Origin: Bdellovibrionales bacterium | GTDB lineage: Bacteria > Bdellovibrionota > Bdellovibrionia > Bdellovibrionales > DASUEL01 | Reading direction: 5' to 3' | NCBI GenBank assembly: GCA_050250255.1 | Contig: JBFWOZ010000007.1 | Coordinates: 9,200 to 73,199, forward strand | DNA: 64,000 bases | Shown: positions 15,259-23,733 of the stretch, in pieces | How positions within the stretch are numbered: the first letter of the stretch is position 1 | How the letters are laid out: every line of letters begins with the position of its first letter | The notes under the pieces: model-generated | Seen by the model: only the letters and a program-made list of their open reading frames with translations | The model's database searches: none | What the model was told of the DNA's origin: nothing | Translations under genes and position numbers: made by a program

Positions 15259-16626
15259 TTATAAGGTCGCGATCACTTTAAATTCCACAGCGATAGGCGT
15301 AGGTAAGGCGATCACCGCCAGCGTTGTACGGGTTGCTTGAATCTTCGAAAAATATTCCGCGTAAACTTTATTGAAGGTCGCAAAGTCACGATCCATATCG
15401 ATGAGATAAACGGTCACATCAAAAACTTTTTCCAGTGAAGAACCGGATTCTTCCAAAATTCGTTTTATGTTCTCGATGACCGCTCGGGTTTGTAATTCTA
15501 CGTCATACTTCTGAATATTTCCTTGAGCATCACGAACGGGGCCTCCAGGAATGGCATTTGTTTCTGGTTGTCTTGGGCCAACTCCGGAAAGAAAAAGAAG
15601 ATTCCCCACTTTACGTGCATGTGGGTAAGCCCCCACAGGCTTTGGTGCTTTCGAAGAGTGAGCGTGGACGGCGGACGAAGTGGATGTGGTTGTCTGAGTG
15701 ACCAAAGGTTGAGCTATCGTCTCAACGGGTTGAGCGGAAAGAACATTCTGATTTCCTTTGAATGTTTCCGTATCCTCTTCATCGAACTCTCTTTCCATCC
15801 CGGCTTTGTCAGAAGGAGTGAGTCCTACGAGTGCGGCACCCGTACCGTAAATAGGCTGATATTCAAACACCTTGCCTTCGTAGTGATTGTTTTGCCCCAT
15901 CGCCGAAGCCAACCACCAGAGAGCTTTCATTTTTTGATCGCCATTGGCCTGAGCACTGAACTCTCTGGCTAATTGGGAGACGTCTTCAAGCCGACCATCA
16001 GCAAGAAGTTCCAAGAGTTTGCGGTTCCACTCATCATCTTTACTCGAATAAATACGATCCTCCTTAGGATTGATCTTTTTCGAGAACATGCGGTGAGAAA
16101 GAGAAGTGACCGCGATCACTACGGTTTTTTTATTTTGTGAGAGAATCGCATCACGAGTGGCTTTTCCTAAGACGAGCGTTTCGGCTCGATCCGCGTACAT
16201 GTTGCACGAGAGTACGCATGCGGGAAATTTATTTTTCGGATTGAGAAGTTTTAGAGCCACGACCGTTCCGGTATCAATCGGAAAACCTTTGTAGGCGACA
16301 GTTCGTGCATGTAAGCCTCTTTTTTGTGCGGCCTTCTCAAGCTCAGAGGCGTAACTTGCATCCATCTTAAATTGGTAAGGAATTTCCCCAAGCGCATGAA
16401 ACTCTTGGTCCACATGAGTCCATTGGGGTTCAGGATCTGCTTGAATTTGATGGCCGATCACGCTTGGCCACTGCGAGCTATACACCATGATAAGATCAGG
16501 TTTGATTTCTTCTATCTCTGCGCAGACTTTTTCAAAAGATTTACGTAATGCGCCCCAACCCTCGTTTTGATCAGCGGCTAAGAGAGGATGAGGTTTTCCG
16601 GGTACGATATATCCTTTAACAATCAT
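15259..16626 (-). CDS. fusion: 2-aminophenol 1,6-dioxygenase alpha-subunit-like (LigB family) + RidA/YjgF-type deaminase (AmnD-like)
   Basis: The N-terminal ~270 aa carry GFPIDTGT and NPKEDRIYSSKDDEWNRK, as in AmnA. A Thr/Ser-rich linker follows. The C-terminal ~125 aa (KPVGAYPHARKVGNLLFLSGVGPR...ATRTTLAVIALPTPIAVEFKVIA) is RidA-like, resembling 2-aminomuconate deaminase AmnD. Confidence 0.7.
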   Translation of the reverse strand: MIVKGYIVPGKPHPLLAADQNEGWGALRKSFEKVCAEIEEIKPDLIMVYSSQWPSVIGHQIQADPEPQWTHVDQEFHALGEIPYQFKMDASYASELEKAAQKRGLHARTVAYKGFPIDTGTVVALKLLNPKNKFPACVLSCNMYADRAETLVLGKATRDAILSQNKKTVVIAVTSLSHRMFSKKINPKEDRIYSSKDDEWNRKLLELLADGRLEDVSQLAREFSAQANGDQKMKALWWLASAMGQNNHYEGKVFEYQPIYGTGAALVGLTPSDKAGMEREFDEEDTETFKGNQNVLSAQPVETIAQPLVTQTTTSTSSAVHAHSSKAPKPVGAYPHARKVGNLLFLSGVGPRQPETNAIPGGPVRDAQGNIQKYDVELQTRAVIENIKRILEESGSSLEKVFDVTVYLIDMDRDFATFNKVYAEYFSKIQATRTTLAVIALPTPIAVEFKVIATL

Positions 16627-17501
16627 GACATACTCCAGCTCACCACGGCATTGCCGGTACCAATCACGCTTCCATAGGCGTGAACCTCAGCTGGGGATTC
16701 AGGGAAGTCCATGCTGCTCAGAAGCCAGCTCAACCCGCCGGTTTTACATTCACTCACAGATTGATCAATGAAGTCGGTCATCACATCAAAGAGTTGTTTC
16801 GACTTTCCTTTTTTCATGAGTTTTAAAACCATCATGTCCCATAGATACTGATTGTGGTTGTAGATATGTTCGTGAGTCATGTCTTCGGGGAGCGCGGGTT
16901 CTTCGGTGAAGTGGCGGTGGCTTAAAGAAGTGCTTGCGAGTAACAAAGCTCTCTTACCTGATTTTTCAACGGCCTTTCGAGTGGCTTCGCCAAGCTTTAA
17001 CATCTCTTGTTGGCCCACATCATTACTATAGTCAAAGTAGGCGGCATTGGCAGAAATGGAAACGATAGGTTTATCGAATGTGGGGTTGATCATGTGTCCA
17101 GAAATAATAGTTCCGTAATCCACTCGGAAAGATGGATTCGTCATCAGTTCACTTTGTAAACCAACACCGACAATTTCTTTGTGTAAGAGTTTTGCAAGGT
17201 CTGTGTCGACTTTCATTTTATAATGATAACGAAACAAGTTAGGGAAGACCGGATCTACGGAGAGGCTCGACATTTCGGGAACACATAAGACGTGATGACC
17301 CGTGTGGGTAAACCAATGCGGCGTGTGTACGATGATCACATCGTAATCACTGGCATTGATAGTTTTTCGACAACGCTCGTAACCCCATCGCAATTCTTCC
17401 CAACCACATTCAGACTTAGGTTCATTTTGCGGAGGATTTTCGGCGTACACCAGATGTGGAGGATGCGGAGCTAAAACTCCCGCAACAATTTTTCCACTCA
17501 T
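16623..17501 (-). CDS. 2-aminophenol 1,6-dioxygenase beta (catalytic) subunit-like, LigB-family extradiol dioxygenase
   Basis: VAGVLAPHPPHLVYAENPPQNEP, FRVDYGTI, LLASTSLSHRHF and VIGTGNAV closely follow Pseudomonas AmnB as I recall it. ATGA overlaps at both ends. Confidence 0.75.
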   Translation of the reverse strand: MSGKIVAGVLAPHPPHLVYAENPPQNEPKSECGWEELRWGYERCRKTINASDYDVIIVHTPHWFTHTGHHVLCVPEMSSLSVDPVFPNLFRYHYKMKVDTDLAKLLHKEIVGVGLQSELMTNPSFRVDYGTIISGHMINPTFDKPIVSISANAAYFDYSNDVGQQEMLKLGEATRKAVEKSGKRALLLASTSLSHRHFTEEPALPEDMTHEHIYNHNQYLWDMMVLKLMKKGKSKQLFDVMTDFIDQSVSECKTGGLSWLLSSMDFPESPAEVHAYGSVIGTGNAVVSWSMS

Positions 17502-18949
17502 AAATGTTCTCCTGTATTGATACAGACAGTTTTTGTCTCGCTGAAAAACTCAAGACTCAGTTTTCCACCCTCACGTCCCACACCGCTGTCTTTCACACCA
17601 CCAAAGGGAACACGCAAATCTCTCATGAGCCACGTGTTCACCCAAACCGTTCCGGCTTGAATGAGGTGAGCCACTCGATGAGCACGGTTTAAATTTTCCG
17701 TCCAAATCGAAGCGCTCAAGCCGTAATTGAGGTGGTTACAGGATTCGATGACCTCGGACTCAGATTCAAATGCATGAATGGTTACCACAGGACCAAAAAT
17801 TTCTTCTTGGGCTGTTCGACACGTGTCGGGAAGATCGGCGATGATTGTAGGGGGATAGAAAAAACCGTTGGCGTTATTTCCAGAGAGTGTGGGTTTCTGT
17901 CCTCCAAGAACAATGCGCCCGCCTTCTTCTTGAGCGAGCGTGACATACTTTTCAATTTTGTCTCGGTGCGCGGAGGAAATCAAAGAACCAAATTGAGTGG
18001 TCATATCGGTTGGATCACCCATTTTCCAAGATTTCACTTCTTCAACCAAGCGTTCGAGAAATTTTTTGTAGATGTTTTTCTCAACGTAAATGCGTGAACC
18101 ACAAAGACAAATTTGTCCCTGATTTAAAAAGCTGGAACGAGCGACGCCCTTAACGGCTTTATCCATATCACATTCAGAAAATACAACTGTCGGATTTTTT
18201 CCGCCCATTTCGAGGCTTGTTTTTTTGAAAGATTCCGAAGTGAGTTGCGACACACGACGACCCGTCACCGTGCCTCCGGTAAAGGAAACCGCTTTGACGA
18301 GAGGGTGTTTTACAAGTGGTTCGCCGATTTTAGGTCCAAGTCCATGAACAACGTTAAAAATTCCCGCAGGTGCTTTGATGTCATGAAAGGCTTGGGCCAA
18401 TCGATTAGCTGTAAGCGGAGTGAGTTCACTAGGTTTAGCTACTACGGTATTTCCCATAGCGAGAGCTGGCGCGAGTTTCCAAGTAAGAAGATAAAGAGGA
18501 AGATTCCATGGAGTGATTAAACTCACCACTCCGAGCGGTTGTCGGATCGAATAACTAAATCCATTGGGAGTATTAAAAAAATCCGTATTGTTTTGTTGAA
18601 TGGCTTGAGAGAAAAAACGAAGGTTACTGATCGCACGCGGAATGTCTAGCTCTCGGCAGAGAGAAAAAGGTTTACCGGTGTCCAGACATTCCAGTTCACA
18701 AAACTCTTGAAAGTTTCTTTCAATTTCAGAGGCCAAGCGTTCGAGAAGATCCGCGCGTTCTTTGAGAGTGGTTTTAGACCAAGTTTCAAATGCATGAGTC
18801 GCGGCTTCAATCGCTTTACTGCCATCGGAAGCTTGGCTCGAAGGAATCTGACAAATCAACTCTCCAGTTGCGGGATTGAGATTGGGCATCGTCTCTCTGG
18901 TCTCAGACCATTTGCCACCGATGTAATTGAGCACATTTGAAATTTTCAT
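17498..18949 (-). CDS. NAD-dependent 2-aminomuconic/2-hydroxymuconic semialdehyde dehydrogenase (AmnC/XylG-like)
   Basis: ALDH blocks are VVAKPSELTP, LEMGGKNP, QGQICLCGSR (catalytic Cys) and EEIFGPV. Start taken at ATG 18949 (MKISNVLNYIGGKW), which gives an ATGA overlap with the upstream gene. The ORF track starts at 19009. Confidence 0.8.
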   Translation of the reverse strand: MKISNVLNYIGGKWSETRETMPNLNPATGELICQIPSSQASDGSKAIEAATHAFETWSKTTLKERADLLERLASEIERNFQEFCELECLDTGKPFSLCRELDIPRAISNLRFFSQAIQQNNTDFFNTPNGFSYSIRQPLGVVSLITPWNLPLYLLTWKLAPALAMGNTVVAKPSELTPLTANRLAQAFHDIKAPAGIFNVVHGLGPKIGEPLVKHPLVKAVSFTGGTVTGRRVSQLTSESFKKTSLEMGGKNPTVVFSECDMDKAVKGVARSSFLNQGQICLCGSRIYVEKNIYKKFLERLVEEVKSWKMGDPTDMTTQFGSLISSAHRDKIEKYVTLAQEEGGRIVLGGQKPTLSGNNANGFFYPPTIIADLPDTCRTAQEEIFGPVVTIHAFESESEVIESCNHLNYGLSASIWTENLNRAHRVAHLIQAGTVWVNTWLMRDLRVPFGGVKDSGVGREGGKLSLEFFSETKTVCINTGEHL

Positions 18950-20034
18950 AGAAGACCTCTTTCGTAATCTTGCCAAGAATAATACCAACGATCTTGGTTG
19001 GGATCCCAATTGTCCCAGGTGGGAACAAGTTCTAATTTTGAAAGGAGAGAAGGCGGAACAATTCCAGGAACAAGAAACGCTTTTTGACGTTTCATAGAAT
19101 AAGGATTGCGTAAATCAAAACCCAAAACGCCTAAAATTCCACGTGCGATATACCAGGTTGCTTGTGGGTTCCAGCCGTGAGCAATTTTAATAACGATACC
19201 TAACCCTTCAGGATAATCGGGATGGACGACCGAGAGTCCGAGTAAGCCATCGGCTCCCTCTTTCGCAAGTACCTTACCACCGCAGGCTTTTAAAATTGTG
19301 GAATCGAGACGATTGAATCCGCCTACGAGATCGGGGTGGCGAATCATCGCTTCCCAAATCCAGTTTTCATCTCGATGTTTTGCGAGACCTGAGAAAATTT
19401 TTGCAAGCTCAGTCACCGTATTGGAAAAAGTCGGTAGGCCACAACCGTCGCGAGCGACACGAAGAGGTTCCCAGGTTTTTCCGAGAAACTTTCTTGTTTC
19501 TTCAAGGTAGCCCATGAAAAAAGGATGCATCGGAAGCATATAGCCCGTGCGACTCCAGCCTTTGAGTTGGCAACCTGCTAAAATTGCGGCGTGTTCACCG
19601 GAACAGCAGTGATACCAGCGTCTGGGTCTGCGAACTTGTCTTCCAAATTGTACGAGAGGCACATCGAGAGGAGTTTGCATCAATCCCCAGTCGGATTCTT
19701 GAAGGATGGATTGAGCGGCGGCCACGTGTTCGGTATCACCGTTATGACTTGCAACCGAAATTGCTTTTTGTTCCCAATTCAAAACGTTCGCTAATTCTTT
19801 TTCAAAAACTTTTATCATGATCGGCTTCATCATGCTTCGTCCGTAACAGAGAACGTTTCCACCAAAGGAATGCACAACCTTATCACCACTGCACCAAGCG
19901 ATGGCTCCGTGAATGGTGGTTTCGCTCACATCATGTCTACGATAATCAACCAATGGTTCCCACTCCACATCTCGGCCGGTGGGGATACCTTTATGATCTT
20001 CACCGATGGGACTTTTTGGGTAAAACTCGCTCAT
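18946..20034 (-). CDS. asparaginase-II family (rhizobial-type) amidohydrolase
   Basis: GRSMMKP, ASHNGDTEHV, CSGEHAAILAG, DGCGLPT, HPDLVGG and KEGADGL align block by block with Rhizobium etli asparaginase II (PF06089-type) from memory. Confidence 0.7.
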   Translation of the reverse strand: MSEFYPKSPIGEDHKGIPTGRDVEWEPLVDYRRHDVSETTIHGAIAWCSGDKVVHSFGGNVLCYGRSMMKPIMIKVFEKELANVLNWEQKAISVASHNGDTEHVAAAQSILQESDWGLMQTPLDVPLVQFGRQVRRPRRWYHCCSGEHAAILAGCQLKGWSRTGYMLPMHPFFMGYLEETRKFLGKTWEPLRVARDGCGLPTFSNTVTELAKIFSGLAKHRDENWIWEAMIRHPDLVGGFNRLDSTILKACGGKVLAKEGADGLLGLSVVHPDYPEGLGIVIKIAHGWNPQATWYIARGILGVLGFDLRNPYSMKRQKAFLVPGIVPPSLLSKLELVPTWDNWDPNQDRWYYSWQDYERGLL

Positions 20035-21266
20035 GGACGAAGCCTTTCTTTTACCAATGGGATCACTTTAGTCTTAAAAGCATTCATGTTTTCAACGATG
20101 CGACCACTGTCATGATTAAAAAAGTCAAACCATAACATGAGCCGATCATCAGGATGAAAACGTTCGACAATTTGGGTTGCAACTTCCTCAGCTGTTCCTA
20201 TGAGAGCGTTATCCGCGGCGTTGGAAATTTTCTTAGGATCCAAAGTTCCTTCAATGGCTTTCCAGTACGCCGAGAGGGCTTCCTGAGCTTCTGCGCGCGC
20301 TTTCTGAGATTTTTGTTCTGTTGAAAGATTTGTTTGTTCGTTGAGAAATACAAAAACGGTTCGTGGCATGTATTCGCGTTTCCACGGCCCACCAGCGTGG
20401 TGATAGGACTTTTGCATTCGTGCGTGGGTTTCATCAATCACTTCAGGCTTAGTGATGGAAAGATTAAACACGCGAGTTGGGAAAAACTGGTTTGCATGTT
20501 CTTGAGCCTGAGGATCGTGAGAACCGATGATGGGTTGGCACAAGTCTCGCTGCCAATCCTGAGGAATAATTTTTATTTTTTCAAACTGCCAACGATTAGT
20601 GACGACGATGTGGTCATTTTTCTTTTGCGAAGCTTCGGCGCTTTTCCAGGCGTTGTCCCAGTCTTCTTTTGTACGGAAATCCGAAGGCTTTAAAGTTGCT
20701 GGTGACACGTCGTTAGAAGCAATGGCTTCACCACGTAAAAGACGCAAAAAGATTTCGGTTGCCTCAAGAAATATTTTTCCTTTTAAGACGGGCCATACTT
20801 GTTCTTCAAAAGAATTACGAGCGAGAACTCCGCTCACACGATTCATAAATTCAAAACGACCGGCCGAAAAACCTAAATGTATTTTTCTTTTCTCTTCTGG
20901 GTTTAAACCATGAAGTGTGCAAAAAGTGGCAAGCTTTTCAGCCGCTGCGATAGGACCACCGTTACAAACGATGTTCATGACGGCAGAGCCTGTTTCGATT
21001 TTTTTTGTCTTATGGAAAACTTGGTGGGAAAGCTGAAAAATATCGGCATTGAGTCCGACTTCCCCTTCCCAATGAGGCACGACCACGTGTTTATGTGTTT
21101 TTTGAGTTTGCGCAGAGAAGTGGGATTCGGCAATCCACGCGGTCTCATAACCGAGTTCATCGGCGGCGATAACTTGTTCAAAAAAGTTTTCGAACATGAC
21201 CTGTTCGGTCGGAAGGTAGCCTTGCACCGGCGTTTGGCTGATGGAGAAAAAAATATCAAACTTCAA
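20031..21266 (-). CDS. luciferase-like (LLM class) flavin-dependent monooxygenase
   Basis: The N-terminus MKFDIFFSISQ...FFEQVIAADELGYETAWIAESHF is typical of LLM/bacterial luciferase-family proteins. 411 aa. Confidence 0.65.
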   Translation of the reverse strand: MKFDIFFSISQTPVQGYLPTEQVMFENFFEQVIAADELGYETAWIAESHFSAQTQKTHKHVVVPHWEGEVGLNADIFQLSHQVFHKTKKIETGSAVMNIVCNGGPIAAAEKLATFCTLHGLNPEEKRKIHLGFSAGRFEFMNRVSGVLARNSFEEQVWPVLKGKIFLEATEIFLRLLRGEAIASNDVSPATLKPSDFRTKEDWDNAWKSAEASQKKNDHIVVTNRWQFEKIKIIPQDWQRDLCQPIIGSHDPQAQEHANQFFPTRVFNLSITKPEVIDETHARMQKSYHHAGGPWKREYMPRTVFVFLNEQTNLSTEQKSQKARAEAQEALSAYWKAIEGTLDPKKISNAADNALIGTAEEVATQIVERFHPDDRLMLWFDFFNHDSGRIVENMNAFKTKVIPLVKERLRP

Positions 21267-21304
21267 ATCGCGTCTCTTGTTACGTTAATTTATTATGTCA
21301 GCTA

Positions 21305-22093
21305 CTAGAGGCTTTTCGTTCTGCCGCCGTCGACCGCTAAACTCACGCCTCTCACATAGGATGCGGCGGGTGAGGCCAAAAAACAAATTGCGTGGGCAAT
21401 TTCAGAAGGATCGGCAAAGCGGCCCTCAGGTACAGTTTGGAGCCATTCTTTCTCTATTTGTTCGACGGAGCAACCCCTTTTTTCGGAGGCCATTTTCATC
21501 AAAGCCTGTAGGCGATGGGTGTTGGTGTAGCCCGGCAAAACGTTATTAATTGTGACCGATTTTGGAAGCTCCATGGCGAGTGTTTTAGACCAAGAGGCCA
21601 TAGCCCCTCGTAAAGTGTTGCTGACGCCAAGGTTCGGGAGAGGTTCACGTACCGAAGTAGAAATAACGTTAATGATTCGCCCATAAAATTCTGCCTGCAT
21701 TGAGGGAAGGCAAACCTGTACGAGAGTTTGGGCAGAAAAAAGATGGCGCTTTAAGGCAAGAAGATACTCCTCAGAAGAGGCTTTAAGAGCGGGACCGGGA
21801 TTTGGGCCCGCAGAGTTATTCACTAAAATATGGATCGGACCTTTTGTTCCGATGACTTGCTCGACTCGCGTTTTTAATTCTGCGGTATTCTCCATATCGA
21901 CTGCGAGAATCTCTCCAACTTGTCCACCTTGCGTGACGATTTCGTTCTTTAATTCGAAAAGCGCGTCTTCGCTTCTCGCTAGAAGGTGAATCTGTGCGCC
22001 AAGTTTTGCGAGCTCGAGAGCGGTCGCCCGTCCAATTCCTTTGCTGGCACCACAAACTAAAGCAGTTTTATGTTTTAAAGAAAATGGATTCAT
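21305..22093 (-). CDS. short-chain dehydrogenase/reductase family protein, atypical active site
   Basis: Rossmann motif is ALVCGASKGIGRATA, and NNSAG is present. A gapless alignment to FabG around IINVxS...SKxLAxE places Ser and Arg where the catalytic Tyr and Lys are expected (VSNTLRG). Confidence 0.7.
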   Translation of the reverse strand: MNPFSLKHKTALVCGASKGIGRATALELAKLGAQIHLLARSEDALFELKNEIVTQGGQVGEILAVDMENTAELKTRVEQVIGTKGPIHILVNNSAGPNPGPALKASSEEYLLALKRHLFSAQTLVQVCLPSMQAEFYGRIINVISTSVREPLPNLGVSNTLRGAMASWSKTLAMELPKSVTINNVLPGYTNTHRLQALMKMASEKRGCSVEQIEKEWLQTVPEGRFADPSEIAHAICFLASPAASYVRGVSLAVDGGRTKSL

Positions 22094-22108
22094 AAAGACT
22101 CCTTATTT

Positions 22109-23671
22109 TTAGCCTCGTGTCGTTTTAAAATAGCGTGAAACAAATTCGATCCCCCAGCGTACGCCAAAGCCGGTGGTTAATGTATTCACTAGTCCCAGGC
22201 CTCCTTTGTTTTCGCAGGCAGCTAGGTCTACGTGAACCCAGTTTGTTTCTTCACCAATAAAATTTTGCAAAAAAGTAGCGGCGTAAATGTGATCTCCGGG
22301 ACTTTCCATGCGGCACTGAAGAAGATCGGCCACCGTGGATTTGATTCCGTCTTTGTAGTCTTCACCGATAGGGAAAGACCAAGTTCGTTCCCCACTTCGT
22401 TCACCTGCGGCTACTGCTTGTTCTAGGAGAGCAGGAGGTCCGCCAAAAATAGCAGAACGTTTTGTATCGAGAGCGTACACGGCAACGCCCGTGAGAGTCG
22501 CAAAATCAATTACAAGATCAGGATTTATTTTACGTGCGAGCGCCAATGTGTCGGCGAGAGCCATGCGCCCTTCGGCATCGGTATTTTGTACTTCGATGGT
22601 GGTCCCATCCATGGCCGTCACCACCTCATTGGGTTTGTAGGCGGTAGGAGAAATTAAATTTTCCGTGAGCGCGAGGTAGGCGTGTACTTCGTGGGGGAAA
22701 TCTATTTTCAAAAGGGTTTCGAAAATGGCGAGCGCCACTGCGGAACCAGTCATGTCGTTCTTCATGCCGTACATGTGTTTTACTTTGACGTCGTAACCAC
22801 CGGTATCAAAACAAAGACCTTTGCCAACAAGTGCGAGTTTTTTAGAATTCTTTTTACCGGGCTTCCAAATGTGAACGATGCCTGTAGACTCTGGAGCGGC
22901 TCGTGCTACTGCAAGAAAAGCTCCGGCTCCCATTTTTTCTAATTTTTTGTGATCATAGAATTCGAATTTATATTTTTGTTCTTTAGCTCGAGCTTCCACC
23001 AACTCCGAATAGGTTTGCGGGTTGAGCATATTGGGTGGAATTTCCGCTAATGTGCGAACAAAGTTATTCGCTTTTCCAAGCATAAAACTTTGTTCCGCAA
23101 TCTGTGAGATTTCCTTCGGACTTAAAGAACTTTGCACCTGAAGTTCGAAGTGTCTTGTTTTGACCTTCTTGGGTTTTTTGCTTGTTTTTGGGCTCTCCCA
23201 ATGTACGAGTGCCAATAGACAAGAAAAAGCTTCGAGAGCTATTGGTTGCAGATTTTTAGGGAGGTCGCTGAGGACTAATTCGATGGGACCTTCCCAATCC
23301 AACTTAAGTGGGACTGCAAAGAGTTCGCGAAACCAAGAGTGGAGTTCGAAAACAGTGACATTGGGCTTTAGAAAAAGAAACTGACAAGCTCCGCCTTCGT
23401 CAAAATGAACGGTTGCAGCGCTCTTCACCTTCTCGTCGTTTTCCCAATCTTTCATTTTTTTGGTCAGTTGCTTTTTAGCGCCTTCAGACCACTGATTTTT
23501 TTTAGGGAAACTATCGGTCACTTTTTTGGATTGGCTTAACGGTGCGATCACGCAAGTGAGATTTTGGAAGCGAGAAGTAGGCTTACCTGAGCTCTTTAAA
23601 ACCTTCAGTGAGAGAGTTTGTTCAGAGGCTTTAACCTTGTCTTTGGGGAGGAATTTTGTGAGTGAATTCAT
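22109..23671 (-). CDS. pepA: leucyl aminopeptidase (peptidase M17)
   Basis: NTDAEGRMALAD matches the M17 signature NTDAEGRL. GKGLCFDTGGYDVK is the metal and substrate block. Confidence 0.8.
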   Translation of the reverse strand: MNSLTKFLPKDKVKASEQTLSLKVLKSSGKPTSRFQNLTCVIAPLSQSKKVTDSFPKKNQWSEGAKKQLTKKMKDWENDEKVKSAATVHFDEGGACQFLFLKPNVTVFELHSWFRELFAVPLKLDWEGPIELVLSDLPKNLQPIALEAFSCLLALVHWESPKTSKKPKKVKTRHFELQVQSSLSPKEISQIAEQSFMLGKANNFVRTLAEIPPNMLNPQTYSELVEARAKEQKYKFEFYDHKKLEKMGAGAFLAVARAAPESTGIVHIWKPGKKNSKKLALVGKGLCFDTGGYDVKVKHMYGMKNDMTGSAVALAIFETLLKIDFPHEVHAYLALTENLISPTAYKPNEVVTAMDGTTIEVQNTDAEGRMALADTLALARKINPDLVIDFATLTGVAVYALDTKRSAIFGGPPALLEQAVAAGERSGERTWSFPIGEDYKDGIKSTVADLLQCRMESPGDHIYAATFLQNFIGEETNWVHVDLAACENKGGLGLVNTLTTGFGVRWGIEFVSRYFKTTRG

Positions 23672-23733
23672 AGGTTTCGTTTAACTCTCAAACTCATTGA
23701 AGTCGAGAGAAATCCTGCCTATGATAGAGGTCC

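Noticed and set aside
14622-19009. Annotating the cluster as a canonical tryptophan-to-quinolinate (NAD) or complete amn pathway
   Set aside because: Key genes are missing from the window. These are kynA, kynU, KMO, cupin-type 3-hydroxyanthranilate dioxygenase, ACMSD and 4-oxalocrotonate decarboxylase/hydratase/aldolase. Only a partial or hybrid route can be claimed.
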